A DNA stretch of 64,000 nucleotides from an uncultured delta proteobacterium (GCA_963766715.1 CAVYBH010000012.1:712916-776915), one strand, 5' to 3'; positions 40,515 through 53,979 are shown, counted from the first letter of the stretch. Numbers and translations are program-made. The notes: a model not told the origin generated them from the letters alone.

Positions 40515-40919
40515 CTACCACTTCGGGGGGGCCTGGACCGGCTGCCCGGGCGCAGGCTGCGCCGGCGACGTCTGGGCGGGCCCGGGGGCTCCGGGAGGCG
40601 GGAGCGTCTCGAGGACGCGCGAGCCGGGCTGGGGCGCGCCCATCGGAGCCGGAGCGCTGATCGGCGACGGCGCCTCCTTCACCACCGAACCGGAACGGGT
40701 CGACAGGTAGGAGAGCGACAGCGACGTGAGCATGAAGACCGCGGCCGCGGCCGAGGTCACCTTGCCGAGGAACGTCTGCGCTCCCCGTCCGCCGAACACG
40801 GCCGACGAGCTGCCTCCGAAGGCGCCGCCCAGGCCGCCTCCCTTGCCTGCCTGAAGCAGGATGACGAGGACGAGGACCGCGGAGACGACGACGTGGACGA
40901 TGATGAGGAACGTGTTCAA
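40515..40919 (-). CDS. secG: Preprotein translocase SecG
   Basis: [18 protein letters not shown]...FLGKVT; TTG overlaps the tpiA stop. Confidence 0.93.
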   Translation of the reverse strand: MNTFLIIVHVVVSAVLVLVILLQAGKGGGLGGAFGGSSSAVFGGRGAQTFLGKVTSAAAAVFMLTSLSLSYLSTRSGSVVKEAPSPISAPAPMGAPQPGSRVLETLPPPGAPGPAQTSPAQPAPGQPVQAPPKW

Positions 40920-41683
40920 CGGTTGGCTCCCTGGATGATTCCGGTGAAGTCTAATGCCTTGAGGCTCGCGCCGCCCACGAGCGCCCCGTCCACGTCCGGC
41001 TGGGACAGGAGCTCCGCGGCGTTGTCGGGCTTGACCGAGCCCCCGTAGAGGATGCGGATGGCGTCGGCGGCCCCCGGCGCGAGCTCGCGGAGGATGGCGC
41101 GGATCGCCGCGTGGACCTCCTGGGCCTGCGCCGAGCTGGCCGTCTTCCCGGTGCCGATGGCCCAGACCGGCTCGTAGGCCACCGTGAGCCGCCCGATCTC
41201 GGCGGCGTCGAGGCCGGCCAGCGCACCGCGAACCTGGCGGCCCACCACCTCGAGGGTCCGACCGGACTCCCGCTCGGGCAGCGTCTCGCCCACGCAGACG
41301 ACGGGGTGGAGCCCCGCGCCGAGGGCGGCCTTCGTCTTCTTGCGGACCGTCTCGTCGGTGTCGCCGAAGAACTGGCGCCGCTCGCTGTGCCCGACCAGCA
41401 CGTACCGGCACCCGGCGTCGACGAGCATGGACGCCGACACCTCCCCGGTGAAGGCGCCCTGGGCCTCCCAGAAGACGTCCTGCGCGCCCAGGCCGATGCG
41501 CGAGCCCTGGAGCTCCGCCCCGGCGGCCCAGAGCGCCGTGAAGGGCGGCACGATGGCCACGTCGACCCGGTCGGCCAGGGACTCGGCCGCGGCGCGCACC
41601 TCGCGCGCCAGCGCAGCCGCCTCGGCGGCCGTCCGGTGCATCTTCCAGTTGCCGCAGACGAACTTCTTCCTGGCCACGTTCAC
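40916..41683 (-). CDS. tpiA: Triosephosphate isomerase
   Basis: [27 protein letters not shown]. Confidence 0.98.
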   Translation of the reverse strand: MNVARKKFVCGNWKMHRTAAEAAALAREVRAAAESLADRVDVAIVPPFTALWAAGAELQGSRIGLGAQDVFWEAQGAFTGEVSASMLVDAGCRYVLVGHSERRQFFGDTDETVRKKTKAALGAGLHPVVCVGETLPERESGRTLEVVGRQVRGALAGLDAAEIGRLTVAYEPVWAIGTGKTASSAQAQEVHAAIRAILRELAPGAADAIRILYGGSVKPDNAAELLSQPDVDGALVGGASLKALDFTGIIQGANR

Positions 41684-42876
41684 TCCTCGAGAACCTTGAC
41701 GCCGGGGAGCTCGCGCCCCTCGATGAACTCCAGGCTGGCGCCTCCGCCGGTGGAGACGTGCTTCATCCGGTCCACCAGGCCGGCCTCCTCCACCGCCGCG
41801 GCGCTGTCTCCGCCGCCCACCACCGTGATCCCCGGTGACTCGGCCATGGCCTTGGCCACGCCGAAGGTGCCCTCGGCCCACGGCTTCTGCTCGAACAGCC
41901 CCATGGGGCCGTTCCAGAAGACCGTCTTGGCCGCGAGCACGCGCTGCCGGTAGCGGTCGAGCGTCTTGGGGCCGATGTCGAGCCCCATCAGGCCGTCGGG
42001 GATGGCGGCAGCGTTCACCACCACCCGCTCGGCGGTCTCCTTGGGCTCGGTCGCGCAGACGTGGTCGACCGGCAGCTCGAAGTCGATGCCCTTGGCCTTC
42101 GCCTTGTCGAGGATTTGGCGCGCCAGCTCGAGCTTGTCCTGCTCGACGCGGCTCTTGCCCACCGGGACGCCCTTGGCGGCCAGGAAGGTGTAGGCCATGG
42201 CGCCGCCGATGAGCACGGAATCGGCCTTGCCGATGAGGTTCTCGAGCACCTTGATCTTGTCGGAGACCTTGGCGCCGCCCAGGATGGCGACGAACGGGCG
42301 CTCGGGCTTCGCGAGCACGCGCCCCAGGTACTCGACCTCCTTCTGGATGAGGAAGCCGCCGGCGCGCTCCTTCACGAACCTGGCCATGCCCGCCGTCGAC
42401 GCGTGGGCCCGGTGCGCGGTTCCGAAGGCGTCGTTCACCCAGACGTCGGCGAGCGCCGCGAGCTCCTTGCAGAAGGACTCGTCGTTGCCCTCCTCGCCCT
42501 TGTGGAACCGGAGGTTCTCGAGGAGGAGGACCTTCCCCTCGCCGAGATCGGCGACCGCCTTCTTCACGCCGTCGCCGACGCAGTCGTCGGCCAGGATGAC
42601 GTCCTGGTCGAGCAGCTCGGAGAGGCGCTGGGCCGCCGGCTCCAGGCTGAACTTCTCCTTGTCGGAGGGGTCTCCCTTGGGCCGCCCGAGATGCGAGGCG
42701 AGGATCACCCGGGCCTTGGCCGCGAGCGCGTACCGGATGGTCGGCAGCGCGGCGCGGATGCGGGCGTCGTCGGTGACGCGACCCTTCTCGTCCAGCGGGA
42801 CGTTGAAGTCCACGCGGATGAAGACCCGCTTCCCGGCGAGTTCGAGCTGGTCGATGGTCCGGATCTGGGCGGCCAT
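41680..42876 (-). CDS. pgk: Phosphoglycerate kinase
   Basis: [36 protein letters not shown]. Confidence 0.98.
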   Translation of the reverse strand: MAAQIRTIDQLELAGKRVFIRVDFNVPLDEKGRVTDDARIRAALPTIRYALAAKARVILASHLGRPKGDPSDKEKFSLEPAAQRLSELLDQDVILADDCVGDGVKKAVADLGEGKVLLLENLRFHKGEEGNDESFCKELAALADVWVNDAFGTAHRAHASTAGMARFVKERAGGFLIQKEVEYLGRVLAKPERPFVAILGGAKVSDKIKVLENLIGKADSVLIGGAMAYTFLAAKGVPVGKSRVEQDKLELARQILDKAKAKGIDFELPVDHVCATEPKETAERVVVNAAAIPDGLMGLDIGPKTLDRYRQRVLAAKTVFWNGPMGLFEQKPWAEGTFGVAKAMAESPGITVVGGGDSAAAVEEAGLVDRMKHVSTGGGASLEFIEGRELPGVKVLEE

Positions 42877-42896
42877 GGTCGTCCCCCGGGGCCCGG

Positions 42897-43979
<1,083 letters not shown>

Positions 43980-44019
43980 ACGAAAACCCCCAGGAATTCC
44001 GGGGTGAAAAACGAGAAAC

Positions 44020-44042
44020 GGCGCCGGGTTCTCCCCGGCGCC
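44020..44042 (-). terminator. Hairpin terminator
   Basis: GGCGCCGGG/CCCGGCGCC stem followed by GTTTCTCGTTTTT on the minus strand. Confidence 0.65.
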
Positions 44043-44073
44043 GCGGCGCGACTGGTGGCGCGGACGAAGCCGC

Positions 44074-44275
44074 CTAGAACGCAGCCGCCTCGCCGGACTT
44101 CTCCTCCGCCGTGCGGACCTCGCCCTGCGCGCGCAGGTCGCGCGTCACCAGGTCGATGAGCTCGGTCGAGAGGCCGAGGATTCTGGTGCGCCGTGTAGCC
44201 GCTGGCGCGGAGCTCCTTGAAGAGGGACTTGGCGAGGATCTTGGTGCCTTTGGCGTCGAGCATGGGTGCGAGCAT
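44074..44275 (-). CDS. Small hypothetical protein, about 66 aa (indel near 44180)
   Basis: GAGG RBS; MLAPMLDAKGTKILAKSLFKELRASGYTAHQ + ILGLSTELIDLVTRDLRAQGEVRTAEEKSGEAAAF. Confidence 0.7.
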
Positions 44276-44324
44276 CTTTTCCTCGTAGGCTCCGGGAGCC
44301 GGACTGCGGGACGCTGGTCACATC

Positions 44325-44340
44325 AGCAACGAGCGGGCCA
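44325..44340 (-). promoter_or_regulatory. sigma54 (-24/-12) promoter
   Basis: TGGCCC-GCTCG-TTGCT with exact spacing, about 50 nt upstream of the small ORF. Confidence 0.6.
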
Positions 44341-44513
44341 TCGAGGAGGCAAATGGCTTGTTGCAGTGTTTTCCAGGCTCTTGTACCTCCTGCGCTCCCC
44401 CGTACGCCCCGTTCGGTGCGTAGCCGGGTTCGCGCCGCGACCGGTCATCGGGCGGAATGCGCGAAGGCGGCTTCGCAGCGCGGAGGGCTCGGGCTCGCTA
44501 GATTCGGTGCCCC

Positions 44514-46103
44514 GTGCGCTACCGCATCCCCGGCATCCAGCTCTGGCTCGACGAGCCCCCGGAGACGCTCGCCCGCAGGGTCGGCGAGCGCCTCGGCGTC
44601 CGGCCGGAGAGCCTGAAGCAGGTCTCCGTCTCGCGCCGGTCCCTCGACGCCCGCCGCAAGGGGCACCCGCGCTGGGTGATCGACGCCGAGGTCGAGGTCG
44701 AGGGCGAGCTCCACTCGGTGCCCGCCGGGGTCGACCCGATTCCCGAGCCGGAGCCGCCTCCCCCACCCGTCCGCTCGCCCGAGCTGCCGCCCGTCATCCT
44801 GGGCGCCGGCCCGGCCGGCCTGTTCTGCGCCTGGGGCCTCCTCGAACGGGGCATCCGCTCGATCGTCGTCGACCGCGGCAAGACGGTGAGCCCCCGCCGG
44901 CACGACGTGGCCCGCCTGATGCGGAGCGGGGACCTCGACGCCGAGTCGAACATGAACTTCGGGGAGGGCGGCGCGGGCGCCTACACCGACGGAAAGCTGT
45001 CGACCCGGATCCGCCACCCGGCCGTCCGCAAGGTCGTGGAGCTCTTCGCACGCTTCGGCAACTCCGAGCAGATCCTCGTGCAGGGCAAGCCGCACGTGGG
45101 CTCCGACGTCCTCCCGGCCGCCGTCTCGGCGATGCGCGAGGAGCTGGAGCGCGGCGGCTGCCAGTTCGTCTGGAACGCCCGCGCCACCGACATCGAGGTC
45201 GTGGAGGGGCGCGTCCGGGGCCTGGTCCTCGCCGACGGCCGCACCCTTCCCTGCGACCGGCTGGTGCTCGCGCCCGGCAACAGCGCCCGCGAGATCTACG
45301 AGCTCTTCGCCCGGCGGGGCTGGCCCATCGAGGCCAAGCCCTTCGCGGTCGGCTTCCGGGTCGAGCACCCGCAGTCCCTCATCGACCGGATCCAGTACGG
45401 GCGCGCCGCCGGCCTGGAGGGCCTCCCCGCCGCCGATTACCGGCTCGCCGAGAATCCGAGCATCGAGGGGCGTGCGCGGGGCGTCTTCTCCTTCTGCATG
45501 TGCCCCGGCGGAGTGGTCGTGCCCACGCCCACCGAGCCCGGGATGCAGGTGACGAACGGGATGTCCAACTCGGGCCGATCCTCCCCGCTCGCCAACGCCG
45601 GGCTGGTGGTGGCCGTCTCGCCGGAGGAGTTCGCCGCCGAGGGATTCACCGGACCGCTGGCGGGGCTCGAGTGGCAGCGCAAGTGGGAGCGGGCCGCCTT
45701 CGACCTCGGGGGCGGCGGGTATCGCGCTCCGGCACAGCGCCTCGCGGCCTGGCTGGCGGGACGGCCGGGCGAGCCTCCGGGAAAGAGCTCCTACCGGCCC
45801 GGGCTCACCCACGCCGACCTCTCCCGGCTCTACCCCTCCCAGGTCCACGAGGCGCTGCGGGCCGCGGTCCGGGGATTCGACCGGCGCATGCGGGGCTTCG
45901 TCTCTCCCGACGCGCTGCTCATCGGGATCGAGAGCCGCACCAGCGCACCCTGCCGCATCGCCCGGGGGGAGGACTTCACGACGCCCGGGCTGGCCGGCCT
46001 CTACCCCGCGGGCGAGGGCGCCGGGCACGCCGGCGGGATCGTCTCGTCGGCGGTGGACGGCCTGAAGGCGGCCGAGGCCATCTGCCGGGAGCTGGGCGGC
46101 TGA
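44514..46103 (+). CDS. FAD-dependent oxidoreductase (uncharacterised family)
   Basis: GAGPAG, FGEGGAG-YTDGKL, FCMCPGG, GEGAGHAGGIVSSAVDG. Confidence 0.9.
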   Translation: MRYRIPGIQLWLDEPPETLARRVGERLGVRPESLKQVSVSRRSLDARRKGHPRWVIDAEVEVEGELHSVPAGVDPIPEPEPPPPPVRSPELPPVILGAGPAGLFCAWGLLERGIRSIVVDRGKTVSPRRHDVARLMRSGDLDAESNMNFGEGGAGAYTDGKLSTRIRHPAVRKVVELFARFGNSEQILVQGKPHVGSDVLPAAVSAMREELERGGCQFVWNARATDIEVVEGRVRGLVLADGRTLPCDRLVLAPGNSAREIYELFARRGWPIEAKPFAVGFRVEHPQSLIDRIQYGRAAGLEGLPAADYRLAENPSIEGRARGVFSFCMCPGGVVVPTPTEPGMQVTNGMSNSGRSSPLANAGLVVAVSPEEFAAEGFTGPLAGLEWQRKWERAAFDLGGGGYRAPAQRLAAWLAGRPGEPPGKSSYRPGLTHADLSRLYPSQVHEALRAAVRGFDRRMRGFVSPDALLIGIESRTSAPCRIARGEDFTTPGLAGLYPAGEGAGHAGGIVSSAVDGLKAAEAICRELGG

Positions 46104-46118
46104 GGATCGACGGACCCG

Positions 46119-46481
46119 CTACTTCCCGGCGCGTCCGTAGGCGTCCTCGAGGCGGACCACGTCCTGCACCTCGGGCGTGGAGACCTCGAGGATGTCACAG
46201 TCGGTGATGGCCACCATCCGGTGCTTGGTGAGGGGCTTCACGTGGTAGCTCTCGCCCGGCCGCATGACGTGCTCGACCAGCCCGTCCCCCTCGTCGAGGA
46301 CGAGCTGCAGCTCGCCCTGCCAGAGGTGGATCGTCTCGTCCTTCTTCTCGTGGTACTGCAGCGAGAGCTTGTGGCCGGCCTTCACGTGCAGGAGCTTCCC
46401 CACGTACCGATCGGTCTGGGCCCACCACAGCTCGTGGCCCCAGGGCTTCTCGACGCGCTTCGGCTGGTCGAAGGTCTTCAT
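46119..46481 (-). CDS. Cupin protein (mannose-6-phosphate isomerase type II-like)
   Basis: VEKPWG, LSLQYH--KDE, HRM, EVSTP...DVVRLED-YGR. Confidence 0.85.
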   Translation of the reverse strand: MKTFDQPKRVEKPWGHELWWAQTDRYVGKLLHVKAGHKLSLQYHEKKDETIHLWQGELQLVLDEGDGLVEHVMRPGESYHVKPLTKHRMVAITDCDILEVSTPEVQDVVRLEDAYGRAGK

Positions 46482-46498
46482 GCGGAGCGCATCCTAGC

Positions 46499-47344
46499 TC
46501 AGTTCGCAGGGGCCACGAATCCCTTGGCCCCGGTGCTCCGCTCCAGGTCGCGGAGGTAGCGATCGGCGGCGTCCCGGGCCTCGAACGATCCCAGCCGGAC
46601 GCGGTACCAGCGCCCCTTTCCGGGAACCTCGGCGACGACGACGCGCGCACCCCGGGTGGCGAACCGCGCCGCGATCCGATCGGCCTCGGAGCGGTCCTGT
46701 GTCGAGCCGACCTGGACGACCCAGGCGCCCTTGCTCGCGGTCGCTCCCGCCCGCGGCGTGGGTACGGCAGCGGCGGCGACCGGGGTGGACTTCGGCGGGG
46801 GCGCGGCGGCGGGCTTCTGCGCCGGCGGCGTCCGGGGCGGCTCGGCGGCCACTGCCTTGGGCTCGGAGCCCTTCGCGTCGGCGGCCTTCGCGTCGGCGGC
46901 CTTCGCCTCGATGGCCTTCGGGTCGGCGGGTTTCGGCGGGGCCGCCGCGGACGATGCGGCCGGAACGGGTCCGGAGGACGGGGGCGCGGCCGCCGCCGGA
47001 GCCGGGGCCGACCTGGGCTCGGGCGCGGCTGCCCTGGGAACGGGCGGCAGCGCCTCCTGGGGCGGCCGGGGGCTGGTGAGCGTGTCGTGGTACGAGAGCT
47101 TCGCGGGCGCCTCCCCTCCGTCCGGACGCGGCGCCTGATCGAGCACGGCGAGCGGATCGGCGGGGGCTGGCGCCGGCGCCGGACGCGCGATCGCGGCGGG
47201 GCGGTCGCCCACCCGCTGCCCGATGGTGTGCCCCAGGAAGAAGGCGAGCATCAGGGCGCCGAGCGATCCGAGGATCACCGCCGCCACCTGCCTCGCGTCG
47301 AGCGAGAACTCGAATCGTTCCCGTGCTGGTCTGTTTCCGGCCAT
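46499..47344 (-). CDS. SPOR domain cell-division protein
   Basis: TM helix, Pro/Ala linker, WVVQVGS...WYRVRLGSF; downstream of argS. Confidence 0.88.
   Translation of the reverse strand: MAGNRPARERFEFSLDARQVAAVILGSLGALMLAFFLGHTIGQRVGDRPAAIARPAPAPAPADPLAVLDQAPRPDGGEAPAKLSYHDTLTSPRPPQEALPPVPRAAAPEPRSAPAPAAAAPPSSGPVPAASSAAAPPKPADPKAIEAKAADAKAADAKGSEPKAVAAEPPRTPPAQKPAAAPPPKSTPVAAAAVPTPRAGATASKGAWVVQVGSTQDRSEADRIAARFATRGARVVVAEVPGKGRWYRVRLGSFEARDAADRYLRDLERSTGAKGFVAPAN
46871..46930 (-). repeat. 15-nt coding tandem repeat, about 4 copies (AADAK)
   Basis: cttcgcgtcggcggc x2 plus two degenerate copies in the SPOR linker. Confidence 0.75.
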
Positions 47345-47372
47345 GGTCCGCCCCCCGGGGAGCGAACCGATT

Positions 47373-49160
47373 CTAGACGTCCTCGGCGATCTCGCGACTT
47401 TCCATCCGCTCCGGGGCGGAGACCCCGAGGACGGCCAGGCCGTTGGCGAGCACCTGCTTGAGGGCGAGGGCCAGCGCCAGGCGGGCCGCGGTCTTCACGG
47501 GGTCCGCGCCGATGAAGCGCTCCCCGCTCTTCTTCCCCAGCGTGTAGTAGGAGTGGAAGGCGCCGATGGTCTCCTGGAGCCAGAAGGCCACCCGGTGAGG
47601 TTCCCAGGCCATCGCCGCCCCGGCCACCAGGTCGGGGAAGACGAGGATGCGCTTCACGAGGTCCATCTCCTCCGGCGCGGTGAGGACCGAGAGGGTCTCC
47701 AGGTCGAACCGCGGGGCCGGCGCCCCCGCCTCGGCCGCCTTCTCGAGGATGCGGGCCAGCCGGGCGTGCCCGTACTGGACGTAGAAGACGGGATTGTCGA
47801 GGGTCTGGCGCTTGGCCAGGTCCAGGTCGAAGTCGAGCTGCGCGTCGGCGCGCCGGGTGAGGAAGATGAACCGGGTCGCGTCGCGGCCGACCTCGTCGAC
47901 GACCTCCCGGAGCGAGACCACCGTCCCGGCCCGCTTCGACATCTTCACGGCCTCTCCGCCGCGGGTCAGGTTCACCATCTGGATGAGGACCACGTGGAGG
48001 TCGTCGCGCGAGCCTCCCAGCGCCTCGAGGGAGGCCTTCAGGCGCGGCACGTACCCGCCGTGGTCGGCGCCCAGGACGTCGACGAGCTGGTCGGTCCGGC
48101 GGCGCTTGTCCCAGTGGTAGGCGATGTCCGCGCAGAAGTAGGTCGGGGTGCCGTCCGCCTTCTTCACCGGTCGATCGACCTCGTCGCCGTGTCGCGAGGA
48201 GCGGAACAGGAGCAGGTCCTCCCCCTCCGCGACCCCTTCCTCGTTCTCGGCGCCCGCGGCCGGCGCAGGCTGTCCCTTCCTCGACTTCGGCGGCGGCAGC
48301 TTGCCCCAGTAGACGAGGTCCTTCGCCTCGAGCTCCTGCAGGAAGCGCTCCACGGTGCCCGAGTCGTAGAGCGCCTTCTCGGACGACCAGACGTCGAAGG
48401 TGATCCGGATGGCGTCGAGATCGCCCCGGATCAGCTCCAGCACGTGAGCCACCCCGCGGTCCCGGAAGAGATCGAGCCACTCGGACTCCGGGGCGTCCGC
48501 GAAGCGCGGGCCGAACTCCTCGAGCAGGCCGCGGGCGACGTCGACGACGTAGGCGCCCGGGTAGCTCTTCGGCGGCATGGTGACGGTGCGGCCGAGCAGC
48601 TCCTGGTAGCGAAGGTGGATCGACCGCGCGAGGGTCTGGACCTGGGCCCCGAAGTCGTTCACGTAGTACTCGCGGACCACCGCGTGGCCGCTCCAGTCGA
48701 GCAGGCTCGCGAGCACGTCGCCCGTCACGGCGCCGCGCCCGTGGCCGACGTGCATCGGCCCGGTCGGGTTCGCGGACACGAACTCCACGATCACCCGCTT
48801 GCCGTGGCCCGCGTCGGTTCGCCCGAACCGGCTCCCCTGCCGCTCCACCTCGGCGAGGCCTGCCAGCCACACCTCGGGGCGCAGCTTGAGGTTGACGAAT
48901 CCGGGGCCGGCGATCTCGAGCGACTCGATCCGCTTCCCGCCGTCGACGGCGCGGATCTCCTCGACGATCCCCTGTGCGAGCTCGCGCGGGGGACGCCCGG
49001 CGGGCTTGGCCAGGACCATCGCGGCGTTCACCGCGAAGTCGCCGTGGCGGGGATCGCGCGGAGGCTCGACGGTGAAGGAACCCTCGACGGCCGGCCACCG
49101 CCCCGCCGCGGCGCCGCGGGCCAGGGCCGACCGGACGATGTCGACGACGTGTTCTCGCAT
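47373..49160 (-). CDS. argS: Arginine--tRNA ligase
   Basis: EFVSANPTGPMHVGHGR, KMSKR, NPVFYVQYGHAR; ATG 49160. Confidence 0.98.
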   Translation of the reverse strand: MREHVVDIVRSALARGAAAGRWPAVEGSFTVEPPRDPRHGDFAVNAAMVLAKPAGRPPRELAQGIVEEIRAVDGGKRIESLEIAGPGFVNLKLRPEVWLAGLAEVERQGSRFGRTDAGHGKRVIVEFVSANPTGPMHVGHGRGAVTGDVLASLLDWSGHAVVREYYVNDFGAQVQTLARSIHLRYQELLGRTVTMPPKSYPGAYVVDVARGLLEEFGPRFADAPESEWLDLFRDRGVAHVLELIRGDLDAIRITFDVWSSEKALYDSGTVERFLQELEAKDLVYWGKLPPPKSRKGQPAPAAGAENEEGVAEGEDLLLFRSSRHGDEVDRPVKKADGTPTYFCADIAYHWDKRRRTDQLVDVLGADHGGYVPRLKASLEALGGSRDDLHVVLIQMVNLTRGGEAVKMSKRAGTVVSLREVVDEVGRDATRFIFLTRRADAQLDFDLDLAKRQTLDNPVFYVQYGHARLARILEKAAEAGAPAPRFDLETLSVLTAPEEMDLVKRILVFPDLVAGAAMAWEPHRVAFWLQETIGAFHSYYTLGKKSGERFIGADPVKTAARLALALALKQVLANGLAVLGVSAPERMESREIAEDV

Positions 49161-49248
49161 GGGGGCACGGTCATACCCGCGTGCGCCGCGCCCGGCAAGC
49201 TCGCGCCCCGCCGACGCTTCCGGCCGACGCGCCCCGGGCCAGAGCCCG

Positions 49249-50337
49249 TCAATCGTAGGCGTCGAAGGTCCCGCAGCGGGGACAGCGCCACGCCCGGACG
49301 GCCGCCCCGCCCCCACAGTTCCTGCAGCGCAGGAGGCCGGCGCTCCGCAGGAGCGCGGCGACCATGAGGTCGTGCCGCCCGGCCAGCTGGCCGGGCCCGG
49401 GCGGGGCCGCCTGCCGGAGCAGCTCCCGCAGCGCCAGCGTCACCTCGCCGTCGTGATCCTCCTCGAGCGCCTTCCGGAGCGACGGGAGCGCCTCGGCCTC
49501 CCGCCCGCCGTGGGCCCAGAGGCGGCCGCGCAGCGTGAGCAGCCGCGCGTCGTCCGGGCGCTCCGCGAGCGCCCGCCCCAGGGCGGCGTCGGCCACCTCG
49601 GCGGGGAGCGCCTGCAGCGCCGGCCAGGCGAGGAGCGCCGCCCCCGGCGAAAGGGACAGCGCCCGCTCGACGGCGGCGAGCGCACCCTCCCCGTCCGCCG
49701 ACCCGGCCTGCGCCTCGGCCAGCGCCAGCAGCGCGTCGGCACAGGCGGGATTGGCCGCCACCGCCTCCCGGGCGTGCGCGAGCGCCGCGTCGTCCCCGGC
49801 CTCGCGCTCGGCGCGACTCCGAGCCGCGAGCAGGTGCGCGAGCAGGCGGGGGTCCTCGGCGCATCGCTCGCGGTGGACCTGCAGCGCCTCGGCGAGGCGA
49901 TGCTGGTCCACGAGCACGTCCCGCAGTCCGGCGGCGGCGATCGCGTCCCCGGCGGTGGCGAGGGGCCGGTAGGCGTCCGCGGCGTCGGCGAGCATGCCGG
50001 CGCGCCGGTAGTCGTCCGCCAGCGCCCGCTCCACCTCGGCCCTCCGTCCGGCGGCGAGGCCCGGCTTGTGGAGCATGTTGCGGTGGAGCCGGATGGCCCG
50101 CGTGACGTCCCCCTCGCGCTTGAAGAGCTCCCCCAGCGCCAGGTAGGTCTCGACCGCCTCCGGGCTGCCCAGCCGGGCCGCGTCGGAGAGGGCCTCGATG
50201 GCCGCGTCGGGGTCGTCCGAGATCATCGATCGGACGCCCTTGAGGTAGGCCTTGGCCTCCTCGCGGCGGCGCTTCAGCCGGTAGGCCAGGAAGGCGGCCA
50301 CCGCGGCCAGGCCGGCGGCGATGAGGAGCCAGTGCAT
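49249..50337 (-). CDS. LapB/YciM-like TPR protein with C-terminal rubredoxin motif
   Basis: N-terminal TM, LALGELFKREGDVTRAIRLHRN, CRNCG...WRCPRCG. Confidence 0.82.
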   Translation of the reverse strand: MHWLLIAAGLAAVAAFLAYRLKRRREEAKAYLKGVRSMISDDPDAAIEALSDAARLGSPEAVETYLALGELFKREGDVTRAIRLHRNMLHKPGLAAGRRAEVERALADDYRRAGMLADAADAYRPLATAGDAIAAAGLRDVLVDQHRLAEALQVHRERCAEDPRLLAHLLAARSRAEREAGDDAALAHAREAVAANPACADALLALAEAQAGSADGEGALAAVERALSLSPGAALLAWPALQALPAEVADAALGRALAERPDDARLLTLRGRLWAHGGREAEALPSLRKALEEDHDGEVTLALRELLRQAAPPGPGQLAGRHDLMVAALLRSAGLLRCRNCGGGAAVRAWRCPRCGTFDAYD

Positions 50338-50357
50338 GGTCCGGGCGCGCTCCCGCC

Positions 50358-50849
50358 TCAGGCGCCGAAGGCGGCCCGGATCCGGACCCAGCTCGCGTCG
50401 AGCGACTCGATCATGACCTTCGTGTCGGCGAGCACCGGCATGAAGTTGGTGTCCCCGCCCCACCGCGGCACGACGTGCCAGTGGAGGTGATCGGCGATGC
50501 CCGCCCCGGCCACCTTGCCCAGGTTCATCCCCACGTTCATCCCCTCGGGCCGGTAGGCCGCGCGGATGGCCGCCACCGCGCGCCGCAGCTCGTCCTGCAG
50601 GTCGGCGAAGTCGGCGGCCTCGAGGTCCTCGAGCCGGGCGACGTGGGCGCGGGGCACCGTCATCACGTGGCCGTTGTTGTACGGGAACCGGTTCAGGATC
50701 GTGAAGGCGCGCGGCGAGCGGTGGACGATCAGGTTCCTGCGGTCGGCCGCCTCCCCCTCCTCGGCGGGGAACCGGCAGAAGATGCAGCCGTCGGGCTTCT
50801 CCTGCTCGATGAACTCCATCCTCCACGGCGCCCAGAGCGGCTTCTCCAC
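50358..50849 (-). CDS. HIT-family hydrolase
   Basis: LWAPWRM, CIFC, LNRFPYNNGH, HLHWHVVPRW. Confidence 0.93.
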   Translation of the reverse strand: MEKPLWAPWRMEFIEQEKPDGCIFCRFPAEEGEAADRRNLIVHRSPRAFTILNRFPYNNGHVMTVPRAHVARLEDLEAADFADLQDELRRAVAAIRAAYRPEGMNVGMNLGKVAGAGIADHLHWHVVPRWGGDTNFMPVLADTKVMIESLDASWVRIRAAFGA

Positions 50850-50860
50850 GGTGCCTCCGC

Positions 50861-51955
50861 CTACTGGGCCAGGAAGTAGACGCCCGGGCCGTCGGCCGAG
50901 GTCGACTGACGGTGCATCTCGGTCCGGACCGACTCGGCCACCGCCTGCGCGACCTTCTGGGCCATGCCGCCCATCAGCTCCTCGAGGAACCGGGACCGCT
51001 CGTCGGGGGGATAGACCAGCCGCGGGTCGCCGCGGATCTCCGCCAGCTCCTTGGCCAGGTCGACGGCGTCCTGGAACCCGCCCAGCTCGTCGACCACGCC
51101 GAGCTCGACCGCCTGCTCGCCGGTGAAGACCCGCCCGTCGGCGAACTTCTCCACCTGCTCGACCGGCAGGTCGCGTCCCTCGGCCACGGCCTGGATGAAC
51201 TGGCGGTGGATGCGATCGGCCAGCTCCTGCCAGTAGGTCCGGTCGCCGGGGGTGAACTCGCGGAAGGGGCTTCCCGCGTCCTTGAGCTTTCCGGCCGTGA
51301 CGGTGTTCATCTGGACGTCGATCTTCTTCAGCAGGCCGTTCACGTTGGGGAAGGTGCTGATGACGCCGATCGATCCGGTCAGCGTGCCCGGCTCGGCCAC
51401 GATGCGATCGCAGCCCATGGCGACGAGCAGGCCCCCGGAGGCCGCCACGTTGCCCATGGCGCAGACCACCACCTTGTCCTCCGCCAGCCGCCGCAGTCCG
51501 TCCAGGATCTCCTGGCTCGTCCCGACGGCGCCGCCGGGCGAGTCGATGCGGACCACCACGGCGCGCATGTCCGAGTCCTCGCCGTAGCGCTTGAGGAGCT
51601 TCAGGACCGGCTCCGACTCCACCGACCCGCGCCCCATGCCGATCGGCCCCTTCACGTCGACCACGCCGATGCGCGGTCCGGAGGCGAGCCGCGGCGACTC
51701 CCCCTTCACCGCCCCGTAGGCGAGCCAGAGGAAGGCGAAGAACACCAGGAAGAGGCCGCCGAAGATGAAGAGCACCACGGCCAGGGCCGCGCGGTCGCGC
51801 CTCGGCGGCGGCTGGGGCGGCAGGGGCGGCGCGGGCGGCGTCGCCCAGGGCGGCGGGGGCGGAGGCGCGCTCCACTGCGGCTGCGCCTGCGCGGGCGGCG
51901 CGGCCGGGGGTACCGGGGTGGTCGGGAGGGGCTCTCCGGGATCGTTCGTGCTCAT
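50861..51955 (-). CDS. sppA: Signal peptide peptidase SppA (short type)
   Basis: RIDSPGG, AASGG, TGSIGV, DGRVFTG. Confidence 0.93.
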   Translation of the reverse strand: MSTNDPGEPLPTTPVPPAAPPAQAQPQWSAPPPPPPWATPPAPPLPPQPPPRRDRAALAVVLFIFGGLFLVFFAFLWLAYGAVKGESPRLASGPRIGVVDVKGPIGMGRGSVESEPVLKLLKRYGEDSDMRAVVVRIDSPGGAVGTSQEILDGLRRLAEDKVVVCAMGNVAASGGLLVAMGCDRIVAEPGTLTGSIGVISTFPNVNGLLKKIDVQMNTVTAGKLKDAGSPFREFTPGDRTYWQELADRIHRQFIQAVAEGRDLPVEQVEKFADGRVFTGEQAVELGVVDELGGFQDAVDLAKELAEIRGDPRLVYPPDERSRFLEELMGGMAQKVAQAVAESVRTEMHRQSTSADGPGVYFLAQ

Positions 51956-52019
51956 TGCGGCCGAGAAGACCACGGGACCCGGGAGCCCGCAACTGCGCCG
52001 TGGGGCCCCGAAAAGGAGA

Positions 52020-52049
52020 GCGGGCGGCCCGCTCGCGCGAACCGCCCGC
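52020..52049 (-). terminator. Hairpin after rpsA
   Basis: GCGGGCGG/CCGCCCGC stem followed by TCTCCTTTT on the minus strand. Confidence 0.55.
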
Positions 52050-52072
52050 CGGAAACCGCGTTCGCCCGGGAC

Positions 52073-53785
<1,713 letters not shown>

Positions 53786-53950
53786 TAGATTGGGACCCGG
53801 TCCTTTGGGCTTGGGCCGACCGCGGGACCTTGGGGTCGCGCTGGTACGTCGGCGAAAGCGGCACTGCCCCCTTTGTGGATTCGCGCCGATTCCCCGGGGA
53901 TCGAGGGGCTCGACGGGCCGCCAGGACACTCCTGGCGGCGAAGGTGACGG

Positions 53951-53979
53951 AAGCTACACGGGCAGGATCAGTGCGTCAA
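53951..53979 (-). promoter_or_regulatory. rpsA promoter
   Basis: TTGACG-17 nt-TAGCTT, overlapping the ispH stop. Confidence 0.65.
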
